Shown here one piece after another: positions 1-9,000 of a DNA stretch of 30,314 nucleotides. Under the pieces are notes generated by a model. The model was not told the origin of the DNA. It was given only the letters and a program-made list of their open reading frames with translations, and ran no database searches. Both the position numbers and the translations under genes were made by a program. Within the stretch, counting starts at the first letter, position 1. Every line of letters begins with the position of its first letter. Source of the stretch: a virus (Duplodnaviria; Caudoviricetes). The stretch covers positions 1 to 30,314 of the IMG/VR virus record IMGVR_UViG_3300043177_000198; one strand, given 5' to 3'.

Positions 1-49
1 GACGTTCTTCTTCGATTTCGTTGGTATCCATCTGATAAACATTACTCAT
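1..49 (-). CDS. 5' end of a gene truncated by the window edge (MSNVYQMDTNEIEEER...)
   Basis: ATG at 49-47, 3 nt after the stop of the Bet/RecT gene; the frame stays open to position 1. Confidence 0.55.
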   Translation of the reverse strand, partial: MSNVYQMDTNEIEEER

Positions 50-52
50 AAC

Positions 53-1189
53 TTACTTCCTTTTTTTCGGTTGCCCGACCGCGATGTCGCCGCTGACGTC
101 AATAAAATCCGGGCAGGTGTTGTCCGCCCTTGGTTCCCGCGAGCATTCGCCGAGTTTGGCACAGGCAAAGCATACATCTTCAATTTGAGTAACGGGGGTT
201 CCGCCTTCAAACTTGCCATGACGCATCTCATCTAACTCGCGTTCGAGTTTGTGCCGGATGATGTCGCACGATACGTCCTTGACCCACAAGATATTACGTT
301 TACCCTTGTAGTTGACGCCGTTTTTGGTGAAGGTGGTTTCCTGTTCCAGCCGGTTGCCGATAGCCGTTAGCTCGCCGCCGTAAACCTCTTTTAGTGTCGC
401 CCACAACTTGGCTTGAGCCTCGGTCATCTTGTCTGTGTCCGGCGGTTTCGGCGCAGCGGCTGGGGTCGGCGCTGCGGCCGGCTCGGGCATCGGCACGACC
501 TGTGCTGGCTCTGGCGGAGTAAGCGGCTCCGGCGGAATGACGACCTCGACGGGCTTGCCCATTTCATACTTGGGTAAGTCTTCCGTATCCGTATTGGGCA
601 TTTCTTCTGGGCTATACATTCCAGCGAATCGATCAGGGAACGTCTCGCGGAGAGCTTGGACGAGCGGAACCTTTCGGATCATTGTTGCCGGCATTTCGGC
701 CCACGGCCTTTGCGGAGAGCCGTCCTTGCGCCGCCGCAGGTATTCAGTTAGAGACACCTCGGCGCGGGTCGGGTGCGACCAGTCTTTCCGATATACCTCC
801 GCCCATCCGCCGAGCAGGGTTTCGCCGGGGCCGACAAAAGCTCCGTCGCGATACACCATGGAATTACTGGACTTGACGATGACGCCGGCCCGGAACCCGT
901 CGAAGCCGGGGCATGCCTGGGCGCGCTTGAGGAACGTATCCTTGCCGACGACGATGCTGGCCGGCTCGTTCGGCGAAAACTTGATGAGGTAGGCCTCCCG
1001 CAAAAATGGATTTAACTGTTGGCTTTGGCACAGCCGCAGGAACATGTAGGCTTCCTGTTCAGTCGCCAGCGGGTTGATGTATTTTTGGATGATCTCCAGC
1101 GTCAATTCGGGCGCGTCCGAAGCCTGCCTTACCGGGCTGTTGTCTAAAACGGCAGGCGGACCGAGCGTGATTTGCTCCTCTTTATTCAT
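53..1189 (-). CDS. bet: Phage single-strand annealing recombinase, Bet/RecT family, with Pro-rich linker and extended C-terminus
   Basis: Motifs EAYMFLRLCQSQQLNPFLREAYLIKF, GGWAEVYRKDW and PWAEMPATMIRKVPLVQALRETFP...GMYSPEEM match Redbeta/RecT conserved blocks. Confidence 0.92.
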   Translation of the reverse strand: MNKEEQITLGPPAVLDNSPVRQASDAPELTLEIIQKYINPLATEQEAYMFLRLCQSQQLNPFLREAYLIKFSPNEPASIVVGKDTFLKRAQACPGFDGFRAGVIVKSSNSMVYRDGAFVGPGETLLGGWAEVYRKDWSHPTRAEVSLTEYLRRRKDGSPQRPWAEMPATMIRKVPLVQALRETFPDRFAGMYSPEEMPNTDTEDLPKYEMGKPVEVVIPPEPLTPPEPAQVVPMPEPAAAPTPAAAPKPPDTDKMTEAQAKLWATLKEVYGGELTAIGNRLEQETTFTKNGVNYKGKRNILWVKDVSCDIIRHKLERELDEMRHGKFEGGTPVTQIEDVCFACAKLGECSREPRADNTCPDFIDVSGDIAVGQPKKRK

Positions 1190-1379
1190 GCGGGTTCTCC
1201 ATCTCCTGGGCTTCCGCAGAGCCCCGGGGCGCGCGAGAAAACGCCTGCTCGATCGCCCGAATGATGATTCCCTGGATGGTGTCGCCGTTCATCGCCGCCT
1301 GCAATTTTAACCGGCGGTGCATTTTGGCGGGAAGGGCGAAACACATCCGCTGCGTTTCCGTGGCCTTGATCTTTTTCAT
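1182..1379 (-). CDS. Small ribbon-helix-helix (Arc/ParG/CopG-like) DNA-binding protein
   Basis: 65 aa; RMCFALPAKMHRRLKLQAAMNGDTIQGIIIRAIE has the beta-alpha-alpha RHH pattern; SD GGAGGT upstream; first gene after a strong promoter. Confidence 0.8.
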   Translation of the reverse strand: MKKIKATETQRMCFALPAKMHRRLKLQAAMNGDTIQGIIIRAIEQAFSRAPRGSAEAQEMENPHE

Positions 1380-1397
1380 CTTTCACCTCCGGTGGGA

Positions 1398-1426
1398 ATT
1401 ATACTATGTTTCTGCCATAATGTCAA
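1398..1426 (-). promoter_or_regulatory. Perfect-consensus sigma70/sigmaA promoter (TTGACA-17-TATAAT) with AT-rich UP-like region at about 1430-1462
   Basis: Minus strand reads TTGACA ttatggcagaaacatag TATAAT (-35 at 1426-1421, -10 at 1403-1398), followed by SD GGAGGT and the RHH ATG. Confidence 0.92.
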
Positions 1427-1609
1427 GATAGAACAATAAGAAAATATTTCAAAAAAATTATATGGGGAAAATCTGTGGAAATCTCGCCTACGGGCCCCAG
1501 GGTGGCCAAAAACGGCAAAATCGCCCAAAATGGGGCAGGCAGGCTTATCCAAGTATCTCCGGACGTTATTTTCGCGGCAGGCGAAAGCCGCCGCGGCAAA
1601 TTCGGGCGG

Positions 1610-2140
1610 TTACCAGGTCTTCTCGGATTGTTCTTCAACTATCCGCAGGCCGCAAATCCGGCAGACCTTGATGATCTTCCAATCGTGTTTAACACATTGG
1701 TCGCTTGGGGTTTGGCCGCGTAATTCCCGCACCTCGTCCGCGAATGCCTGCGGCGGCAGTATGGCAGCCTTTTCGATTAGCAGCGCCTTGTCTTCACCGC
1801 CGGCGTTCCGAGCCATAGGCAGCAGTTGCACCAGCCTCGTGTATCCCGCCGCCGCCAACTTGTGAGAGTCCTGGCCATCATAAACCTTCCACAACGAGAT
1901 GAGGTTGTGCGCCGTGCTGTGCTTCAGCCCGAACTCCGAGGCGAAGTAGTCGGATTCGCGTTCGTAGCCCAGAGCCTTGTAGTCGCGTTTCTCTACGGCC
2001 AGGGCCAATAACCGTCCGGCCTCTAAAAATCCCAACGTGGCAGTGCCAAGGGAATGCTTAATCTGCTCGCGTCGCTCATGCGCCTCGTTCACTTCGCTTT
2101 TTGTTACCTGCGCGTCATAGGAAATTAATTCTTTTGCCAA
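1610..2140 (-). CDS. DUF3102-like phage protein with C-terminal Cys/His motif (start uncertain: TTG 2140, GTG 2158 or 2176)
   Basis: FLEAGRLL...YKALGYERESDYFASEFGLKHSTAHNLISLW resembles DUF3102-type helical/HTH proteins; C-terminal CVKH...CRICG. Confidence 0.6.
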   Translation of the reverse strand: MAKELISYDAQVTKSEVNEAHERREQIKHSLGTATLGFLEAGRLLALAVEKRDYKALGYERESDYFASEFGLKHSTAHNLISLWKVYDGQDSHKLAAAGYTRLVQLLPMARNAGGEDKALLIEKAAILPPQAFADEVRELRGQTPSDQCVKHDWKIIKVCRICGLRIVEEQSEKTW

Positions 2141-2570
2141 GGAAAACCAGCCCTTCACTTTGTCTGCGCCGGACAAGTCCTTGTAGTTTCCGCCCGGCTG
2201 CGAAAACCCACCGAAGAAACTGCTCGGCGACCTCCTCGCGGTCTTCGTCCCGATTTAACATCTGGCGCAGCGTGCTGCGCTGGAGCGCCCCACTACCAAG
2301 GCTGAAGGTAAACGATATCAATGCCGCCAATTCATTTTCGGTGAGCGGGACAAGAATGAGCCGCCGCACCGCCCTTTCAGTCCTTTGTGCGTCCTCGACA
2401 AGCAACAACTCCGCTTCATTAGGAGAAATTTCGCGATATTTCTCCTTTTCAGCCGGAGAAAGCACATGGCCATAACCGATTGTCCAATAGCCGGCCGGAC
2501 AGACATATGGCCGCAAGCGAAGCCCTTCAAAGGCCTTGATGAGTGCCAGCGCCGCGTCGGGTAGCAGCAT
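2115..2570 (-). CDS. Endolysin, GH24 (T4/P1/P21-like) lysozyme
   Basis: LIKAFEGLRLRPYVCPAGYWTIGYGH gives the E-x8-C/D-x5-T triad; also ALISFTFSLG, STL and GLVRRRQSE; TAATG coupling to the upstream holin. Confidence 0.95.
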   Translation of the reverse strand: MLLPDAALALIKAFEGLRLRPYVCPAGYWTIGYGHVLSPAEKEKYREISPNEAELLLVEDAQRTERAVRRLILVPLTENELAALISFTFSLGSGALQRSTLRQMLNRDEDREEVAEQFLRWVFAAGRKLQGLVRRRQSEGLVFLGKRINFL

Positions 2571-3064
2571 TACTTTAGTCTGTTATTGGCGCGCAAAATC
2601 TGCCGCCCGCCAAACCAGAAGACGATGATCATCGATACAAAGCTCGCGTCGGTTTCAGTCCACACCCTGACGATGGCCTGATACAGGTCGCCACCCGCCG
2701 CCATTGCCAACTTCACCTGCGCCTTCTTGACGAATAGGTATGCGAACAAGAGTAGGTAGGTAACCGTCGGCCGGACGGTAGAATTGTAAGCATAAACAAG
2801 ATTGGTCAGCAGGACAGCCCACCACTTACCTTCGGTTTTCGGTTCCACAACGGGCGCGAACGCGTAGGCCCCCACGTCGGCGGTAGCCGCGCCGGACGCC
2901 TCGATAGCCTGCAACTGCTGTGCCGACGTCTCCTTCTGGGCCTCGATCTGTAGCTTGGCCATTTCGAGTTCGTGTTTTTGGTCTTGTTTGCTCTTTTTGA
3001 GCTTGAATAATTCTGGCAGGAAAGCCCCCGCCAACCCGATTAGGGCCCCAATCACCTGTAGCAT
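2570..3064 (-). CDS. Putative holin, GTA 3TM-holin-like (164 aa)
   Basis: Start after SD AAGGAGG; hydrophobic N-terminus, coiled coil, VRPTVTYLLLFAYLF and IIVFWFGGR motifs; directly upstream of the lysozyme. Confidence 0.72.
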   Translation of the reverse strand: MLQVIGALIGLAGAFLPELFKLKKSKQDQKHELEMAKLQIEAQKETSAQQLQAIEASGAATADVGAYAFAPVVEPKTEGKWWAVLLTNLVYAYNSTVRPTVTYLLLFAYLFVKKAQVKLAMAAGGDLYQAIVRVWTETDASFVSMIIVFWFGGRQILRANNRLK

Positions 3065-3083
3065 AAAACGCCTCCTTGTTTCG

Positions 3084-6000
3084 CTATTTTGCGGGCAGGG
3101 TCTCGAACCTGACCTTGCCCTTGATTTCTTCTTGAACCCAGCGCAAGGTGTCGGCTGGGCTGATAGTATATTGTTTGTAGTTCCGCATTGCAACGCTCTC
3201 GGGTATGGGCGAAGAGCTGGTCATATAGGCCACGGTCAAGGCTTCATGCACCTCGGCATTATGGCGGGCGATCCGCTGGACAAGGTTTTCGCCCAACGCC
3301 TTATACAGGGCGGCTATGTCGCCGTGGGCGGCGGACACAAGCATCTGGCGGCCCTCGGTTGTGCCCATTTTCGCGCGGAGCCCGGCATAGGCCCGCTGCT
3401 GGATGTCTTTATATTTGCTTTCAATCCGCCGCTGCATTTCCCGCACTTCATACTGCTCCTTGAGCCGGGCCGGCGTGAAGCCAAGCCGCTTTCCCCGTAT
3501 TTCGGCGTCGGTGAACTTCATGTAAAGGTCTTTCTGAACCTCCTTGCCTTCCTTGCGCCATAACTCTGCGGTCAAATAAGTGCTTAACATGCGGAAGGGG
3601 ATTTGGGCAAAGGCTTCCGCAAACCGCCGCTGTCGTATGAGTTTCTGGGCGGTATTCAGCCGTTCCCCCATGCTATAAGCAGGCCCGACTAGCTGGCCGA
3701 ACGGGTCGAAGCCAGGCGATATTATGGTGCCGAGGTCGAGCATGTCGCTCAAATCCAGCCGCGCCCAGCCGCCAATGCCATAGGAAAGATATTGCGCAAG
3801 CGCCTCGACCATCGGGTTTTCCGACGCACGCGCCTTGAGCAATTCTTGTTCCGGGTCTTTCTTGAATAACGCCCTGCCGACGGCACGCACGACCGGCCAC
3901 AGGATAATGCCGAATGGCAAGACCCGCTTGGCACCAAGGAATATAGCCCGGCCCGTGAGCATCCGCATTTTAGCCTTGGGCGTGCCCTTGGCCATCATGT
4001 AGGCAAATTCATGTAAATAATTCAGATGCGTCGCCTTGAATAAGTAGGCGACCTTGACAAATCCCCGCACCGAACCGGCTTGTGCCACCAACTCGGGCAT
4101 GTTTGTCTTGCCGTAAACATAGCTCGCAGACTCAACAGCGTCTTTCATGGATTCGTATATGTCGAGCGGCGATGTCTCCCCGTCATACTCGGTCGCCAGA
4201 ATGTATCCGGCGCAGGCGGCGTGCAGCCTATTCCAGAACTCCGTGCCGATGGCGATGAAGTGGAGGGCGTCTAATATATTGCGGGCGCGGTCGCGGCCAG
4301 GGCCGAGCAGAGATTGCATATATTGACCGCTTACCACGTGCTCGGTTATGGCCTTGTCGAGAAGCATGGACAGGGTCGGATTGATGGCGGCCGGCTGGCC
4401 CTTGATCCGTGCGGCCAAATACTTAAACGCTGCGAGCATACTTCTGGTAAACACAAGATCCATTTTTTGTTTACCGACCCGGTTGCCGATATACGGCCAA
4501 AGGGTAAAGACGTTCTGTAAAATCTGCTGCAATGCGAAGGTCGTAGAAAGGGCCAAGGTGGCGAGAGAAATGCCTTGCCTGATATGGACAAAATCTGTGC
4601 TTGACCCGTAGATCGCGTTTTCAATGAAGTGGTTGTAATAAACACTCTGCTCTGGGTTTGTTTTGGGCGAGATACGCGCAATCCAGGGCTTCGCCTCATA
4701 GCGAGCGCGGGCGGCGGCGAGCCTGCGGGTCGTGCTCTCGATGAACGACTCCAGGCTGAACATCATGTCGTCGAAATCTACCTTGTATCCCGGCACCCAG
4801 CGTCGCTGAATGAAATGCTTGTCAAGCGGCGAGCGCGTCTTGAGAACCTTCAGCATCATCTGAACATTCGGGTCATTGCGGTTGGCGCCGGCCTGCTCTA
4901 CAAGGTTTTCCAAATCCCATGTAGACATTTTGTGGAACCTGTCCCAAAATCCCGGCGGCAAATTTTCGCGCCGGTAAACTTGGGCGTCTTTATAGCCGAA
5001 CTTACGCATCAACTCGGCAACCCTGTTCGCTTCGGTCACATTTTCAAACGCCGAGTAAAAGCTTTCCCGAGTAACTCCCAGCCCGGGCCGCGGATCGATT
5101 AGCTCCACCTCGCCCGGGGACGTCTCCTCCTTGGTCGCCCACACTATCCAGGGGCCATGACGTTCGATGGGAAAATATCCGCCGAGTTTTTCCAAGGCTT
5201 CGTTAATGCGGGCGTCTATTTCGGCCTTGGTCGCCTCATCAGAGTGGTAGTAATCAGATTGGAGTTTCAGCCGCTCACGGATGCGTTCCTTTGAATTATT
5301 GATGGCAGTGATGATACGCTGGTAAATCTCGACCTCGTTAGGCTTCAGCCCGAAATTAAGCCGCAGCTCGTCCGAGCTTAAGTATTTCTGGACTTCCTGC
5401 CGGTTGCCGTGGTCAAGGGCGTTGGCAATGCGCGCTTTGGAGTCGCGCGGTAAAGAGTGGAGTTCAGGCAGGTAGATGCTCTCCAAGGCAGCGGCCAACG
5501 TGCCGTTGTAAAAATAGATAAGATTATCCTGAACGGCCCGGAATATCTTCCTGCCGGCCGGATTCTTCGTGAAAAGACCACTCCACTGTGGGAGCAGCAT
5601 GGTGGCGGATATCGCCCGCCGAATTTTCGTCCCCCACATCCGCCTGCCGACTTTGCCAATCTTGCCCGGAAGCGGAAACGTATGCGTAATCTTCGCCGCC
5701 GCCTCGATGAACGGGTCGAAAAACTTATGGTCAGGTTGCGGGTTCAAGTCCGCCTCATCGATCCGTAGGTTTTGAGCGACTTCCTTTAATTGCGGGAACC
5801 GGTTCCGCATCGCTTCCGTGAAGTTCGGGGCCAATTGTTCAGCGGCCTCTGGGTGCAGGGCGTTCGTTGCGAACCACATGGCGAAAAGCTCAACCGGCGT
5901 CCAGCGGTAATTTCGCACATAGTCCGGCTGCGTTTGGGCCAATTCCGGCGTTATCTCTCGAAAGAAGCCGGTAATTTCCTTTAGCTCTGCCAGAAATCCC

Positions 6001-9000
6001 GCCTCGTATTCTTTGCTATATTCCAGGCCGGCCCGCTCGCACAATGTGTTCAGGGTTTTGCCCTTGCCGATAAGCAAGATGTCAAAGGCATGCCCGACCT
6101 CGTGGGCAAAGGTGGCAACGCTGTTGATTGCCCCGAGGGCTATTTTCCCTCCTCCACCTAAAAGGTTATAGATAAACGCTCCGTTGGCAGACATTTTGGC
6201 GTCAATGGTAAAATCGGAACAGCCCAGCGCCCTGGCGAAGTCGATGAGATAATGCTGAATTTTGGACGGGTCAATGGCCAGACGAGCGGTGGTTTCCAGC
6301 CCGCCGGCGATGATGTCGCCGAATTTCTTGCCGGTTTTCCAAACGACCCCGCCCTTTCCAGCCTGCTCTTGCTTATAGCGATCCAGCGTGATACGCCGCA
6401 AAAACTCATCCGGCAGGAGCACCTGGCCTTCTTCCACATATTCAATAATTACGGCCCGCTCGGTATCATCAAGCCTATCCCAATCCAAGTTGTAAAAATC
6501 AGCTACTTCCATCGCCCCGATGGTCGGCGGCGTCGGGTGGTTGCGCGACGACATCATCATCTCGAAGTCTGCTTCCTCGCGTGGCGTCCGTTTTGTGCCT
6601 CGTTTCTTTTCATCGGTGATTGAAGTTTCTTCGGGCTTGGCTTCTTTGTTAAATTTGTCCAGAATGCTGTCTATAACCAAATTATTCAGGTCAATCAAGG
6701 GTTGCTTGGCGTCTCCCAGCCACTCCACAGTGCTATCAAAAACATTGCGCAAACGCTCAAGATCTGCCGCGAATGCTTCTCTTTTGCCTTTTTGGAAATT
6801 CTGAACAAGAGACGTAAATTTTAACCCAATGCGCGTCGTTAATTCCTTTACCTGATTAATAGTAAGTTGATTTAACAGCCCGACCGGAGAGCGTTCTTCC
6901 TTGAAAAGCGATTGTAAATTAGAGAAGACCTGCTGCATACTGAACCGAATCTGTTCCATAACCTCTGCCGGAGTGTTAGGGAGAGCGTCCAACAGCGAGT
7001 AAATTTCGTTGCCGAACCTGAGCGCGGTATATAGTTGATTTAATCTGTCGCTCAACACAGCATTTTTGAAATTTGTCGTCTGCATTCTTTTGAGGATTTC
7101 AAGCATTGGCCCTATCGGTAGGGCAGGCATTTTAGAACCGACATATTGCGGCAGTAAGATTTTCAGGTTCTGCAGAGTGGCCCCAATGTCCGTGGACACC
7201 GCCGCAGTAGTTGGCTCGGGCGGCGCGTGGGTAATGGACGGTTCCGGCGGGGCTCCGGTTGAAGGCGGCAGTCCCGGCTCTGGCGGAGACGCGGTTGCTG
7301 GTTCTGCGGCTGGCGCAGGCTCCACGGCTGGCGCAGGCATCGGTGAGGGCGGCACTACCTCGGTGGGTGGGGTCGGTGTCGGCAGCGGCTCTGGAACCGG
7401 CGGCGCACTCTTTTTGGCTTTCTCGCCTTTTGGCTCCGTAGGCGGAAGGGTGTAGACTTCCGTCGAATCGGTTTCGGGTTCGATGCCGGCCAGCCTTACC
7501 AGCGCATCAAGCGGAGCCGGCGAATAAACGGCCGGCGCCCCACGCGCCGTGCGGTATGGGAGCAGAACTGCTTTAAGTTCACCATTGACGGTTGCCAGCA
7601 AAGCCGGCTGCCGTGAGTTCGTGATGTCAACGCTAAAGCTGGCGTCAGGGAACATTCTCTTTATGCCCTGCGTTCTAAATTGTTCATACGATGTGAAATA
7701 TACCTTGCCATCGTGGATTGTCCGGAAAACGACCACGTTGGGAGCGACAACCTTTCGCGCCCGTGGGCTATCAGGCCTGAAGGCCGGCAAGGCATTCTTG
7801 GAGACTATGTAGAAATTCGGCTGCATGTTAAGATAATAAACCGGCGTGGTCGGGACCCCCTTCATCGACGAAACCGCGGCAATGGCAGTCGGCGTCGGCG
7901 GGATGCTATGCGCGGCGGCCCTCGCCCACTTCGGCGGCGTGCCACGGACATATAATTGGCCGTCTGTAAACCACGCCCTATCTTCAGAAAAAACATAACT
8001 GCCCATCGCGGAAATATTGCGGCTGAGCAGTCCGAACGGGTCTCGCTTCAATGTTTTGAATAGACCGCTAACCGCCGACCGTGCCGCCGCCGCCAAGCCA
8101 AGGGCGTTGGGCGCTTTGATGAGCACCGTATTAGCATGTTCCTGCGGCACGCCCCTGAACGAGTTGGCCGCATCGTCGGCGCGCGCCTTGAAGTCGTCAT
8201 CGTTCAGGGCATCGGACAAGTCAATGTCGGGGGCAGTCGGGATTTGCGGATCTTGAACGCTTGCCGTCGCGATACCGACTTGTGCGGTAGGCTCCGGCGA
8301 CGGAACCGCTATTGGCGGGGCTTCCGGAGGAAGGTTCATGGCCGGTTCCTCTTTTTTGGCGCGCAGGTCCTTCAGATATTCCTCGCGTGCCTGGCGAAGC
8401 CTCTCGCCAAAAACTGCGCCGGCTTGAGTGAAGCCGGAAAAAAGCCCGCCCATCGAAAGGCCCCAAAACATGCCTTCTTGCATCTCTCTATCGAAAGCGA
8501 CCTTGTCTCCACGGGCGGATTGCTGGATGGCGGCCTGCAACCCCTCCTCGCCGGCTTCCCACGCGCCTACCGCGAGCCCGACGCCTGCGAATTTGAGCAG
8601 TTTGACGATGGCATTTGATTGTTCCTTGCTGATCTTCCCTGCGGACAACAGCGCGACTAATGTTTGAGCAAAATCCGAGGCCGTCAGTATCATATTGTTT
8701 TTGAACACTTTATCCGCAATGACGGCGGCTTCCTGCGGCGATTTGCCTTTTTGTATGGCGGACTCATAGGCATCGCCACCCTCCATCGCCGATTCTTGCA
8801 TTCGGTTTATTACTCCCACCACCAATGAGGTCAAGGCAGGCGGCAGGTGTGCCGCCGTAGCAAGCCCAGCGGCGAGTCCAGACGAGATGAGAGACGGCGC
8901 TTGTAACCCCAACTGCTCGCCGCCTGATTCCAGCATGTAAACAGGATCGAAAATGCTTTTGAGGCCTTGCCACTCGGGTTGTAGCTCCGGAGTTGTGGCG

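Noticed and set aside
429-992. 187-aa Gly/Ser/Ala-rich plus-strand ORF, and a similar one at 7066-7455
   Set aside because: These are reverse-complement readings of Pro/Ala-rich linkers in bet and the giant gene.
1573-1595. Intrinsic terminator call for the GC hairpin
   Set aside because: No U-tract follows the stem on either strand; kept only as an unexplained structure.
2570-3193. Longer starts from the ORF track (e.g. 3193, 12596, 19452, 21596, 21931, 23883, 27977, 28774, 30151)
   Set aside because: Most extend into the upstream gene or regulatory region; downstream ATGs with strong SD sequences or stop-start coupling were preferred.
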